Below are positions 24,960-39,308 of a DNA stretch of 64,000 nt, piece by piece. Origin of the DNA: Octopus sinensis (lineage: Eukaryota); contig NC_043005.1 in assembly GCF_006345805.1 (NCBI RefSeq), positions 18,352,001 through 18,416,000 on the forward strand, read 5' to 3'. Each line of letters starts with the position of its first letter. The stretch's first letter is position 1. The notes beneath the pieces were generated by a model. The model saw only the letters and a program-made list of their open reading frames with translations, was not told the DNA's origin and made no database searches. Both the position numbers and the translations under genes were made by a program.

Positions 24960-26440
24960 CTAGTTTTATTTTTATAGCGTGCTTTCACTTCACTACCGAG
25001 CGCAGCGTTGTGTGCCTTGGGTATGTGCTGTGGTTTGCTGTGATGCTCTTATGGTTACTATATTGAAAATGTTTTGCGTAGGATGTGTGCAGTGCCCAGT
25101 AGTGCAATTTTCTGTATGTTATATATATTTGTAAGTTCGGGTGTTTTTGTTATGTATTTGTTTGAATATTTTTTTATCATACCTAATGCGCCTTCTAAGA
25201 TAGGAATTGTTTCTGTTTTTGGATTCCACATTCGAGTTACCTCTATTTCCAGGTCTTTTTATTTTGAAAATATCTCTATTTCTTTTAGAGACACGTTGTC
25301 ATCTATGGTATTGGTAGATCAATTAGAAAATATATTTTTCTTCATGATCTCTGACAACAATATCTGGCCTATTGGCCTTAATTTCCCTATCTGTGTGTAT
25401 TGGCATAACCCATAGTATGGTTGCTTTCTCGTTTTCTGTGACCTGTTCTGGTGTGTACCTATACCATCTTTTTTCTGTTGTTATTCCATAATGTTGGCAT
25501 AGTTTCCAGTGTATATAGGTCCCAACTCCTCTGTCGTGTTTGTGAATATATTCCTTCTTAGCCAGGACTGGGCAGCTAGAGATAATATGATTTATTGTTT
25601 CTTGTCCATCTCCACATATTCTGCAGTTACTTGTTATATTTCTTTTCATTACATGTTTTTGGTAATTTCTGGTGGGGAGGCTTTGGTCTTGTGCTGCAAT
25701 TAAAAATCCCTCCCTCTCTGCTTTGAGTCCTGAGATTCTCAACCATTGCTGAGATTTTTCTCTGTCTATTTCATTTGCATTTAGTTTAGTCTAGTATTTC
25801 TCATGAAGGGGCTTTTCTTGCCATCTTTTTATCATAGTCCGTTGCTGTTCTATTTTTATTTTGGATTTCTTTTGTTTTATAGCTTTTGTTGTTTTTTCTT
25901 CTTGTTCATGTTCTTGTTCTTGTTCTTGTTCATGTTCTTGTTCTTGTTCTTCTTTTTCTTGTTCTTGTTCTTGTTCTTCTTTTTCTTTTTCTTGTTCTTG
26001 TTCTTGTTCTTCTTTTTCTTGTTCTTGTTCTTCTTTTTCTTTTTCTTGTTCTTGTTCTTGTTCTTGTTCTTGTTCATGTTCTTGTTCTTGTTCTTTTTTT
26101 TCTTGTTCTTGTTCTTCTTTTTCTTGTTCTTGTTCTTCTTTTTCTTTTTCTTGTTCTTGTTCTTCTTGTTGTTGTTGTTGTTGTTCTTCTTCTTCTTCTT
26201 CTTCGGTAGTATGATTTTTTGTTTGTATTTGTCAGCTTCCTTAAATACTGAGAAGAGTTTCTTTTTATTTTGCTCGTGTCTTGCGACTATTTGTATCAGT
26301 TTTCCCTGCTTCTGAAGTAGGTATTATTGCAGTTCTATGGTGGTTAATTTATATTAGTTTTCCAGCTGTATAAGGCCTCTACCACCTTCCATACGTTGTA
26401 TATATAGGCTTTCTATGTCAGACTTTGGGTGGTACGTGCG
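24960..26440 (-). mobile_element. R4/Dong-type LINE, subfamily A, longer 3' fragment with (AAGAAC)n expansion
   Basis: HPKSDIE.LY..RMEGGRGL, KRWQEKPLH, AAQDQSLPT, CRICGDGQETINHIISSC, ANRPDIVV; microsatellite about 25895-26205. Confidence 0.9.
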
Positions 26441-27770
26441 TGCGGGCATGCGTGTGTAAGTGCTTGTGTGTTTGGTGAGTTTGTTTTCTGTGCTTGTCCC
26501 ACAATTAGTACTTGACCACCGGTGTTGACTTTTTAAATTCCTGTAACGGTTTGGCAGTGTCTTAAGGGGATGGCCAACGCTCCCAAAGATTGCTTCTTAT
26601 TGAAGAAAAGGTAAGGCTGTGTAACCTATCGGTTCTTTAACTGGGATGGTTTCAATCGATGTTCACCTTGGGTGATAAAAAATGGATCAATTGCTTCAAT
26701 CATCTACAAATAAATAAATAGATATACGCGTGATAAACTACATTAGTCGTAGATTCACACTCACCTCATGTTATGAAATTTCGAGTAATTGCTTCAATCG
26801 TATCAAAATGTGTTGATCATTATATGCATGTAAATATAGAAAGGCAAAGATACATCCACACCACATGTATACACACTAATGTTGACTCAAATATGTATAC
26901 ACAAACTCTTCTACACTCTCCTGTGTTATATCAATCGTAATAAATTGAAATGTTCATATTCTGCACGTTCTTATGACAGAATTTTACCTTCCCTACTGTT
27001 TCATCGATTTATCGATGAAAGAAGACATACAATAGCACTAACAACATATCTAAATAATCCTATTTCTTATTACTTCATCCCTGTACTTATCCTCTCCCCA
27101 TTACATTACCATAGCAATATAATGATAATTCAACTTGGCTACATCCTAGTTTTCGAAGGTAAGATGCATCCCAACTTATTCCAATGCACGACATGGCTAA
27201 GCTAATCACGTGATTCAAGCTGGATTTTAATCCGCTTTTACTTAAGAACATTCTTCATCTGACCAAGAGTATTATTCTTGGATACGAATAGTCGTTAGAA
27301 CGTTGGACAAAACACTTTGTAGTATTTAGTTTCAACACGATACATTCTAAGTTCAAATTTGGCCAATATCGAGTCTGTCTTCTATCATTTAGGGGCTTCA
27401 TAAAATAAATATTAATCAAGTCCTGGGGTTAATATAAAATTTTCTGATCATAGCAATTATATCAAAAATTGTTTAATTTAATAGATGGGTAGTGTTGTGA
27501 GAGAGTCGGAAAAATACCTCGTACTATTTGCTCTGGGTTTTTATGTTCCGTGTTCTATCGAGGGCATTTTTCATTTTTCGAGTTCGATAAGTGAGTCATT
27601 TTAATCAATTGTCCCATCCTCTGAGAATTACTGACCTTGTATCCAACTCGGAATAAAAGGATCAATATGCTTTCGTTATTGTTACTGTTATGTTTTCTAG
27701 ACGTTGTTCCTAGACTCACTCCGGGACGTGGATAAGAGAAAATTTGCTGTGAGAGTTATTCGTGAGTGGT

Positions 27771-28143
27771 ACTCCGTCGGTTACGACGACGATATTTCCA
27801 GTTGATCCGATCAAAGGAACAGCCTGCTCGTGAAATTAACGTGTAAGAAGCTGAGCACTCTACAGACACGTGTACCCTTAACGTAGTTCTCGAGGAGATT
27901 CAGCGTGACAAAATGTGTGACAAGGCCGGCCCTTTGAAATACAGACTCAATAGAAACAGGAAGAAAAATTGAGAGAAAGTTATGGTGAAAGAGTACAGCA
28001 GGATTCGCCACCCCGCTGCCGGAGCTACGTGGAGCTTTAGATGTTTTCGCTCAATAAACACTCACAACGCTCCCATCTGGGAATCGAAACGACGATCCTA
28101 CGATGGCGACTCCGCTTACCTAATCACTGGGCCATTGCGCCTC
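27771..28143 (-). mobile_element. SINE family C
   Basis: Collinear with 11871-12247, more diverged. Confidence 0.88.
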
Positions 28144-28573
28144 GACTATTTGTGAGTAGCAAATGATATATTTTAGTTAAAGGAATGCAAAGACTAAGAA
28201 TTAAGATACCGTAAAAATTTCTAAAAGATTAAAATATTCTCTTGATCACAGTGGCTTTTAGAATGTGGGCAATACACACAGGAATAATATTTTGTTAGTT
28301 GTGATACAATTTGGTTTCCTCATATCTGGGTGTATTATTTAATAGAGCCATTCGACTTACGAAGCACATGAAATCACACAACAGAGGTGCTAAACAGTAC
28401 GAGCACTCAATTGTAACGAAAAGGACAAGTTACTTGTTGGCTTTTAAAGCAATGGTAAGTCCTGTATTAAGTGAAAAAACAAACAGGCAAATGCGATATG
28501 TCTCTGAGTGTTATACTTGTCTAATGAGTCTACAACCACCATGTATCTACATCTATATCTATCTATTTGTCTG

Positions 28574-28665
<92 letters not shown>

Positions 28666-28884
28666 CGGCTGGCTGTCCGGTTTGTAATGTTATGTTTTTT
28701 CTAATATGTCTTGAGTTTGTTGCACTGATGAGCATAGAATGCATATTCTGCATTAATTGCGAAATCACAGGTGATATGTAACTAAATTCTTTTTTTAAAT
28801 GACTTGCTTTGAAGTTTTGCATTCGGTACAATTTTGTTTATTTTAGAGTTTTGGCCGCAAGGGTCCCTCCTAGCATGCGGTATC

Positions 28885-29030
28885 TATGAATAGTAGTACC
28901 CTCTATATAATATAAATAAATATTTTCAAAGTGGAAAAATTTACGGATTTTTTCTCTTACGACGTTTTTCACGCTAACTACTGATAATTTCTTATAAAGA
29001 TTTTATCCTCAATTTTAAATATATATATAT
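28885..29030. mobile_element. Terminal fragment of (TA)n-associated superfamily
   Basis: CCCTCTATAT...TTTTTCACGCTAACTACTGATAATT...ATCCTCAATTTTAAA(TA)n; homologous to 6438-6552. Confidence 0.6.
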
Positions 29031-30306
29031 ATATATAAATATTTCGAGGATATAAATACCTCTTAAAGCATATATATAAATAGATAACTTGATACATACA
29101 CGTGTATATGTCTATATGTACATGTACACGTGTATGTGTGCGTGTTTGTGCCTGTATGTGAGTGCATATTTTTTTACGGAAGCGTTGGATGTTATAAGAA
29201 TATAGATGTAAACGATTTTAGTATATGTCCATCTGTATGTACAACTGTGGTCAATTGTCTAGATATATTTTGATATGCCGGTCTGTATGTACCAATGTAA
29301 CATCCTACTTAGATGCGCATACTTATATAAATACATTCGTGCGCTACAAGAAGGTGCGTTTGTAAATTAGGTAATTTATAGCCAATACTGCTTAACAAAC
29401 CTAGAGTACTTACGCGAGCGTGCGTTTTTGTGTGTATGGCTTTGTTTACTTATCAGCAGTTCCTTGGTTGTATGTTGCGATTCGGCTATTTAATAAATCC
29501 TGGCAGTAATGGCTAGTATATCAGCTATCAGGATGGTCAAGCTTAGAAACTCTTCTGTATCCTCTGTTTAACAGTGTACCATTTGTATTTAAGGGGATCT
29601 TGAGCATCATTCATTCGGAAAATACATTAACAAAATTACTCAGCCATATATAATTGATACGGCAAATCCCATGAAACAAACAAGCGCGCGCACACACACC
29701 AATACATTAATCACCATAGACACACATTACCAAGCTTACCAATAAAAAGATATCCCTAAGCCATTGAATCATAATATCAGCACCAAAGAAACATAATACA
29801 AACGCTCCTCCAAAATGCAAAATTATCCCATAAAGATATTAACTAATTTGAATGAAGGAAACAGACTTGAGTAAACAACGACAAACACACATACACATAC
29901 ATTCGCACAGACACACACACACATACATCCTAATCATTATCACCATCATAATCATTACTGAGATTGGGAGATTCGTCAAATAAATAACTCGTATTGAGAT
30001 AAGCAAATTTCCGCATAAATTCAGTAAAACAAAAACATAAGTTACAAACGAGTAGAAACACCTAAATACATTCGTAATGAACAAATTTAAGGAAATAAAC
30101 ATTAGTTAACAACGAACAGATGCAAAAACTACAGCCAAAAGGCGCGCATAGTAAAAGAGAGTCTAATTAACTGACACAAGCAAGAGACCACACTCATACG
30201 AATGGCCATAAATGAGCAATTACACTAAGTTGTAACATCTTTCGCCTGAAGATCTCAGGAGCGCGAATTCAAGTTGTGAGACAGGTGTTCTGTATCTATA
30301 AATCGT

Positions 30307-30680
30307 AGAGGCTCAATAGCCCAGTGGTTAGGTCAGTGAACTCGCGGTCATAGGATCGTGGTTTCGATTCGCAGACCAGACGTTGTGAGTGTTCATTGAG
30401 CGGAAACACCTAAAGCTCCACGACGCTCCGGTAGGGGGTGTCGGCGAACCCTACTGAACTTCTTCGCCACAACTTTCTCTCACTCTTTCTTCCTGTTTCT
30501 GTTGTACCTATATTTCAAAGGGCCTGCCTTGTCACACTGTGTCAGGCTGAATCTCCCCAAGAACTACGTTGAGGGTACACGTGTCTACGAAGTGCTCAGC
30601 CACTTGCACATTAATTTCACAAGAAGGCTGTTCCATTCATCGGATCAACTGGAACCCTCGCCGTCGAAGCCGACGGAGTA
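30307..30680 (+). mobile_element. SINE family C
   Basis: A/B boxes and tail GCCGACGGAGT. Confidence 0.88.
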
Positions 30681-31701
30681 CCATAGTAATCAGTGCACCA
30701 GCACAGCCGTCATCTACAGACAGAAACCAGTGAAATAAAAGGCCGTAGTTCATATGGAAGCACTGCTGTTTATCCAACTATAAATTTTACTTTTTCGTCT
30801 TTTTCCAAAATGTTTTCAATTTTTGTGATCGACTATGTCTACCTCATAGAGTTTACAAAACCAAACCAAAAGAAAATTAAAAATCCAGCTCCCTTGCCCT
30901 AAAATCCTGACCGTTTGAGATAAGCGTGTGTGAATTGAATAGACGGATTCTTTGGAGGTGCAAATGCATCTGGTTTTGTTTGCATTTTCAAATTTCGATT
31001 TCAAAAATGAATTTGAAACACCAACGTATATTCGTAAATCATCGAAACTGGTTAGGAAATTGTCAAAAAATGTTGGTAATTCACATTTGTTTTCTTTCAA
31101 ATTGTGTTAGACTTTTATTTTAGTATAAGAGAATTTCTTAAATCTTCCTCTGAGTTTAGAAAAATGAGTAAAATTTCTCAACAATATGTCTCTCTGATCT
31201 TTCAATTTACTCTAAAAGTTGCAAACTGAGGGGGCTTAGAAATAGTCCTATCGTTTCTCTAGGGTTCCAAGTAGATAGGCTGTAAATGATTCATTTGTAT
31301 CGGTAATGAATATCAGAATTTTCATCCATTCATTTTCCTGTTAAGGGTAGAACTTCTTTTTCTTTAAATGTAATAATAGGCGCCAACAGTTCCACAAGCC
31401 TACTCAAGAACTTGCAGGCAGATAACCGTCACGCAATACAATATATAAAGATATATTATTCTCTTTAAGTCCAATTCTTCAATAGAATTTCTGCACAATG
31501 GTGGGTCTTCCCATTGAAACGTATGTAATTCAGAACATCAAGTACACATTTTATTACATCTTCATTCTTGAAGTGCCTGGCTACAATGTCTTCACGCAGA
31601 ACAATGCTACGAACAAGAAGAGAGTCTGGAGATCCGAGATCCATTTTAATTACGCATTTCATCCTTCGTTTTCCCCGATTGTTATAAGAGCACTATCTAT
31701 A

Positions 31702-32034
31702 TGGATAGAAGCACTCCGTCGGTTACGACGATGAGGGTTCCGGTTGATCCGAATCAACGGAACAGCCTGCTCGTGAAATTAACGTGTAAGTGGCTGAGCA
31801 CTCCACAGACACGTGCACCCTTGAAATACAGGTACAACAGAAACAGGAAGTAAGAGTGAGAGAAAGTTGTGGTGAAAGAGTACAGCAGGGATCACCACCA
31901 TCCCCTGCCGGAGCCTCGTGGAACTTTTAGGTGTTTTCGCTCAATAAACACTCACAACGCCCGGTCTGGGAATCGAAACCGCGATCCTATGACCGCGAGT
32001 CCGCTGCCCTAACCACTGGGCCATTGCGCCTCCA
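31702..32034 (-). mobile_element. SINE family C with internal deletion
   Basis: TSD CACTATCTATA at 31691-31701 / 32035-32045; deletion between two CCCTT microhomologies. Confidence 0.9.
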
Positions 32035-32667
32035 CACTATCTATAGCAACACCGATAACTTTATTCAGTGGAACGCCAGCGTTTGCTAAAGTACAGTCAA
32101 GCACATTTATTATCCCAATGCCACGAGTTGTTTCTTTTAACTCCACGAAGTCCAACTTATTTCAGAATTAACTCTGAAGAGACATAACGAACAAACACAG
32201 CTAGTTGTCGGTTGTCTTGTATGTCGGTTTATTCACCAATCACTAAACTGAGTGCAAAGGAATTTAAAAAATTCTTTTGCATTTTGCTTGCAATATCAAT
32301 ATTGATCTGAGAGAAACGTCTCTCTGACGTAAAACTGAAGTTTTGTGTTTATTTGGATCTAACACTTCAACAATTTACAGCGATATTCTTTTTAACAAGT
32401 TGCGCCGTCAGAATATCGACGTTTAGTACGAGCAATATTCTAAGATATAAAATTAAACTGATTTCAGTCGTTTTATCAGCTTCCTAGTTGAACATCATAA
32501 ACAATGTCTGGTTGTTTAGCGCTTGCCATTTAGTGGCTAATTAATGAGGCTTTTAACATTGTGAACTTGTTTAACCATAATTCTGATTTAGGTGAAAAAT
32601 CACGTCGAAAGTTTTTGAGATTTGTTCATTAATGAGGTCCCACGTTGCTGGCTTAGCTAAGAGAATT

Positions 32668-32897
32668 CTTCTCAACGTATGGCTATGATGCTCCCTCACT
32701 ACTTCTGCTCGTGATCACAGATTCACTTATAGTCAGCCACCAAGGAACATCCTCAACTGGTTACGGTCAAGCAACGGAGAAGCAATTCTGTAGTACTCAG
32801 CAGAATATTGCTGTAGCCCATCTTATATACCAAGACAAAACAATGTACATGATAACACTTCCAATCAGTTACGATCAAAAGCCATGAGAGTCACTGT
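32668..32897. mobile_element. Partial copy of non-coding (AAT)n-embedded element, family F
   Basis: Matches the distal half of 33511-34037. Confidence 0.8.
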
Positions 32898-32929
32898 TGT
32901 TATATTTATTATTATTATTATTATTATTA

Positions 32930-33000
<71 letters not shown>

Positions 33001-33011
33001 ATTATTATTAC

Positions 33012-33046
<35 letters not shown>

Positions 33047-33051
<5 letters not shown>

Positions 33052-33360
33052 TAGTTTTATTTTTATAGCGTGCTTTCACTTCACTACCGAGCGCAGCTCT
33101 GTGTGCCTTGGGTATGTGTTGTGATTTGTTGTGATGCTCTGATGGTTATTGTATGGAAAGTGTTCTGCGTAGGATGTGTGCAGTGCCTAGTAGTGCAATT
33201 TTCTGTATGTTATATGTGTTTGTAAGTCCTGGTGTTTTTGTTATGTATTTGTCTGAATATTTTTTTATCATGCCTAATGCACCTACTATGATAGGAATTG
33301 TTTCTGTTTTCAGATTCCACATTCTGGTTACCTCTATTTCCAGGTCTTTGTATTTTGATT
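33047..33360 (-). mobile_element. R4/Dong subfamily A 3' end
   Basis: Nearly identical to the reverse complement of about 24455-24770; (AAT)n tail. Confidence 0.9.
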
Positions 33361-33444
33361 CTTCTTCTTCTTCTTCTTCTTCTTCTTCTTCTTCTTCTTC
33401 TTCTTCTTCTTCTTCTTCTTCTTCTCTTCTTCTTCTTCTTCTTC

Positions 33445-33502
<58 letters not shown>

Positions 33503-33510
33503 TATTATTG

Positions 33511-34037
33511 AGTAAGAGAGCAGTTCATGCCATCAAAGTGACACTGGGGTAAAATATACGAATCCCAATATAACCATCATGACTACCCGTCTGATGAGGG
33601 TACACCAGGCATATGCATCACAACCATATGTGCGCGACATGGTGATCTCATATCAAGATAAACAGCACATGACCTTGCAGGTGGGGCCCAGTTAGAATTT
33701 TCTTCGGGTTGAGTAGCCCATCCCGCTCAAACGGTCCCTGAATAAGGGTTGTTTAAGGATGTTGAAAAAACCACCCATGTTTCCAGAGGTGAATTATTCA
33801 AACCCCAAAGAATCCCTCTCAACACATGGCTATGATGCTCCCCCACTACTTCTGCTCGTGATCAAAGATGCACATATCGTCAGCCACTAAGGGACATGCT
33901 CAACTGGTTACGGTCAAACAACTGACAAGCAAATCTGTGGTATTGAGCAGACTATTTACTGTAGCCCATCTTTTATACCAAGACAAAACAACGTACATGA
34001 TAACACTTCCAATCAGTTAAGATCAGAAGCCATGAGA
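33511..34037. mobile_element. Family F, about 530-bp non-coding element, (ATT)n on both sides
   Basis: GAGTAAGAGAGCAG...CTGGTACTGCATC; collinear with 50157-50712. Confidence 0.85.
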
Positions 34038-34069
34038 GCCACTGCCTGGTACTGCATCTATTATTAATA

Positions 34070-34100
<31 letters not shown>

Positions 34101-34139
34101 TATTATTATTATTACTATTATCATTATTATTATTATTAC

Positions 34140-34195
<56 letters not shown>

Positions 34196-34670
34196 TATTA
34201 TAAATAGTACATTTAGTGTCTCTATTTCTTTAGTCATCACTCTTAGTTATATTCTTGTTTCTTCTTTATTCTCCCTAGAAGATGTGTACTCATATTGAAT
34301 CTTTTTCATTTTTTTTCTCTATATTAATCGATTTTTGTTCATATTCATCCGATCTATGCCACTAGCCTCAGTACAAGCATCAGAGCGACGACTCCTCCAT
34401 CACCATCAATACCATCGACGCCACGACAACCATCGCTACCACCACTACTACCATTAGAACACCATCGCAGTGTCGTCGTCATCTGTTTTGTTGAACTCAG
34501 CATCGACCTCGTCGCTGTGATCATAATCATAGCCATCATTATCATCATCATCAATAACAACGTGCACAGTAACATGTGTAACATAGTACTTTCAACATAT
34601 GGTATGAGATGATTTTAAGAAGCTTGTTTTCGCGCGTGCCCTGTGTGCTATACATACCAGTATGCGTATA

Positions 34671-34711
<41 letters not shown>

Positions 34712-34904
34712 AAGAGAGAGAGAAAGATAGAGCGCTAGTGTGCATGCATGCACATACATACATACATACATACATACATACATAGATACATACATACATA
34801 CATACATACATACATACATACATACATACATACATACATACATACACACATACACGCACACACATACACATACACACACACACACATATATATAGTGAGA
34901 ATTT

Positions 34905-35018
34905 ACAAAAAAAAGACGAAGATGGGAGTGTAAACAGCAAACAGATATATTAGTTTAACGCTGGGGAAGTGAGAAAGTCTTTTACGTTTCGAGCCTACGC
35001 TGCAGAAAATAGAAAATA

Positions 35019-35077
<59 letters not shown>

Positions 35078-35223
35078 TAGCTGAAATTTACAGAAAAACA
35101 AAAGAGACATTTGTATAAAGAACAAACAGGTGTATTAGTTTAACGCTCGGGAAGATGAGAAAGCGTTTTACCTTTCGAGCCTAAGCTCTTCGACAAAAAG
35201 GAGCGTGAGAAAATAAACAAAGA

Positions 35224-35225
<2 letters not shown>
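34905..35225 (-). mobile_element. Two related short repeats separated by (TA)n, each with a hammerhead-like motif
   Basis: Shared AAACAG.T.TATTAGTTTAACGCT.GGGAAG; minus-strand GAGC-tetraloop-GCTC-GAAA-(C/G)GTA at 34979-35009 and 35165-35200. Confidence 0.6.
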
Positions 35226-35261
<36 letters not shown>

Positions 35262-35425
35262 ATAGATGTGTGTACTTTTCCCTTGTAAATATTTAACACG
35301 GGAAAAATAGATAAATAGTTACATGGGTAGCAAAAAATCACATAAGTAAAAAGAATGTAATTCCTTTGTTCTTAAATGTACAAACTCCGGCTTTACCTGA
35401 AATATTTTGAAATATTTCACAATTT

Positions 35426-35517
<92 letters not shown>

Positions 35518-35521
35518 TTGT

Positions 35522-35828
35522 GATGACGCATATCTCAATGGTTAGAGCATCGAGTTTACGATCGCGAAGTTGTGATTTCGATTCCCAGAGCGGGCTGCGT
35601 GTTGTGTTCTTGAGCAACACACTTCATTTCACATTGCCCTAGTCCACTCAGCTGTGGAAATGAATTCTGCCGTCACTGGTACTTAGCTGTATCTGCTCCT
35701 TTGCCTTTCCTTTCGATTTAACATCGGTCGTGTGGAGAGAGGAGGCTGGTATACACGGGCGAGCGATAAACAACCTCGCCCGGATTTGTGCCTCGGAGGG
35801 TAATTTTCTAAGTACAATCTCATGGTCA
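35522..35828 (+). mobile_element. tRNA-derived SINE, family D (diverged)
   Basis: TCTCAATGGTTAGAGC...GATTTCGATTCCC; central TTGAGCAACACACTTCA...CCACTCAGCTGT. Confidence 0.65.
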
Positions 35829-35944
35829 TTCCTGACCGAAGGGCTTCACGAATACACACACACACACATACGCACACACACACACAAACGCACGCACACA
35901 CACACACCACACACACACACACACAACACACACACACACACAAA

Positions 35945-36017
<73 letters not shown>

Positions 36018-36404
36018 TTATAATAATTCAGAACAGTGTCAAAGGTCATCGTTATAGTACTCGGAGTTTCGAATGTCGAAACGAAGAGCTACAATACATT
36101 TTCGTTTCTTCTAAATTAAAACACAAAGAATAATCCTCCATTTCTATTCTTATTCTGTTCTTTAGATTAGGTTTTGAGTTTTTTAGCTATAGTTTCTTTT
36201 CGTTCCCCCTTCTTTTATGAAGAGAAACATATTTTGATACATATACACAGTGATATACATACACTTACAAACAAACATACACACATATATACTTACATAC
36301 ATATACACGCGACAAACATACCTGGGAACATGCTTGCATATACATACAAGTCTATGCGTGTAAACACACTCCCACATATATATGCTTGTGTATATATATA
36401 TAAT

Positions 36405-36637
36405 AAGGCGGCGAGCTGGCAGAACCGTTAGCACGCCGGGCGAAGTGCGTAGCCGTATTTCGTCTGCCGTTACGTTCTGAGTTCAAATTCCGCCGAGGTC
36501 GACTTTGCCTTTCATCCTTTCGGGGTCGATAAATTAAGTACCAGTTACGCACTGGGGTCGATGTAATCGACTTCATTCCTCTGTCTGTCCGTGTTTGTCC
36601 CCTCTGTGTTTAGCCCCTTGTGGGTAATAAAGAAACA
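36405..36637 (+). mobile_element. SINE family B, full length
   Basis: GGCGGCGAGCTGGCAGAA...GAGTTCAAATTCC...TGTGGGTAATAAAGAAA. Confidence 0.92.
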
Positions 36638-37615
36638 TATATATATGTATATGTATATGACCTGTATTAACACTCATAAACGTATAGATAAACATATATA
36701 TGCATATATTCATATATATATACATATGTATATATACAAATATATATATATATATACATATATATCTGTACACACTTCCACGAATACACACACACACACA
36801 CATATATATACATGCATATACATATGTGTATGAATATATGACATTTATTAACACTCACAAACGCATAGATATCCATATACATATATTCATATATGTATAT
36901 ATATTTATTTATATGTATATATACACATTTATACATATATGCACACACAGAAGCACACATATATAAACTACTTTGCTACAAGGTTTCAATGCTGACTTGC
37001 TGAACATCCGTTCAGTTTAAACATGGCTTCTTTAGAGTGTGTCACTTCCGTTAGCAATATAGATTCCATATTGCACTGGGATCTCACCTCCTCACACACC
37101 AAATATTGATTGTGAAGTTTATCATAGCTGTCTGTCTTTATTCATCAAGCATCATTGCAGTAATTTCCTGAGCTTTCTCTATATATTTGACCTCCTGTCT
37201 TAGTTTGAGCGGAATACCTAAAACATAACGGGTTCTGTTTGTTTGTATGCATGTGTATATATGCATACATATCCGTGAAAATACACACACACAAACACAT
37301 ACACAAATACGCACACACTCACACATTTATGTTTATATGTATGTTTATATAAAGATGTATTTATATATATAGCTAGATATATAAATTGATATATGTATAT
37401 ATGTATATAAACATATAACTGTATACAGATACAGATATACACACACACTCACATTATATATATACACACAAATATATATACATAAATATATACATGTACA
37501 TATACATACATATATATATATGAATATATATGTGTATATATATACATATATATGCTTATATATATGTATTTATATATATATATATGTATATATATATATG
37601 TTTATATATATATGA

Positions 37616-37650
<35 letters not shown>

Positions 37651-38119
37651 ATAGAGAGAGAGAGAGATAGTTTTAACATACATACATGCCTACATACAAA
37701 CAGACGTACATACGTAAATGTAAATGTATGTCTGTTTACATGTATGGAGATATATTTATATAAGTTTATATTTTATCTCTGTGCATGTAATTATTTATAA
37801 GCGTCTTATGTTTCTGCATTGAAGATGAATATTGGTTACATGAAATCCGAAAGCTATTTTATTGAATGTATAAGCAGGTACAGAAAACAGATACGCACGT
37901 ACACTTTTCATAAATATATACTCGTATATGTTGTAAGTGTAACACACATGTCTACATACACACACGCGCACGGGCATCTCAGGATATAAGAAATATGGAG
38001 AAGAAAACTGAATGTCAAAGAATATTATAAGGCTGAACGAAATTTCGGACATTATGAAATACAAACAACGCGTGCGCGCAGACACAGGCGGGGACATAAA
38101 TATACATACTTATGAACCC

Positions 38120-38151
<32 letters not shown>

Positions 38152-38171
38152 CATACATACATACATATATA

Positions 38172-38220
<49 letters not shown>

Positions 38221-38935
38221 TGTTCATATTTGTTCATAATTATAAACCTCATACACACACACACATATATACATATAAGCGTTTATGTGTACGTATGTAT
38301 GCATACAAACCTCTGTAAAGATGCTTTAACAAAATACTCAAACATTAATATTAAATATAATTTATTCGATTCTCCTTAAATTTTGCTGTCCTATCCATAA
38401 TTTTATTGGTCGTGTTCTTTAGAGAATTCAATAACATTTGACGCCCATACAGGAATAATTTTCAATATATTAACGTTTATACTGAAGAGAATGTCGGAGA
38501 GCTATGCTATAAAAATATGTGATGATGTAAATCCAATATGAATTACTCTAATATTTCTTATTTTAGTTCTTAATATATCTTCATATTATAGAGATAAATA
38601 TTAATCAATAGTGGCTAATAAGTTTTATGTGTATAGAAGGACGAATGTTAGGCTCACTCTCTTTGATATTCATTGTCTTTTTAACATAGCGAATCCATAA
38701 AAAATCCTCCATATCGGGACAAATACTGTAGCAAATGACCCGTTGACGGTGTATATACATGTACATACAAGTATGATATGAAGATGACTATTTTCATTAA
38801 ATACTACTTCTATTTCACATACAGGATTTTGAATCGTCTCGGCAAATATTTGCAACATGAGTGAATTTCTTATTCGCTTTTCTTTATATCGGAATCAATG
38901 AATTATCATTTGTGCATGTCACTAGTTGCCAGTAG

Positions 38936-39308
38936 TGGAGGCGCAATGGCCCAGTGGTTAGGGCAGCGGACTCGCGGTCATAGGATTGCGGTTTCGATTC
39001 CCAGACCGGGCGTTGTGAGTGTTTATTGAGCGAAAACACCTACACGAGGCTCCAGCAGGGGATGGTGGTGATCCCTGCTGTACTCTTTCACCGCAACTTT
39101 CTCTCACTCTTACTTCCTGTTTCTGTTGTACCTGTATTTCAAAGCCTTGTCACTCTCTGTGTCACGCTGAATATCTCCGGGAACTACGTTAAGGGTACAC
39201 GTGTCTGTGGAGTGCTCAGCCACTTACACGTTAATTTCACAAGCAGGCTGTTCCGTTGATTCGGATCAACCGGAACCCTCGTTGTCGTAACCGACGGAGT
39301 GCTTCCCA
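38936..39308 (+). mobile_element. SINE family C
   Basis: Intact A/B boxes; small internal deletions. Confidence 0.9.

Noticed and set aside
33870-33890. CTGACGA on the minus strand of family F
   Set aside because: No adjacent stem II/GAAA; not a hammerhead layout
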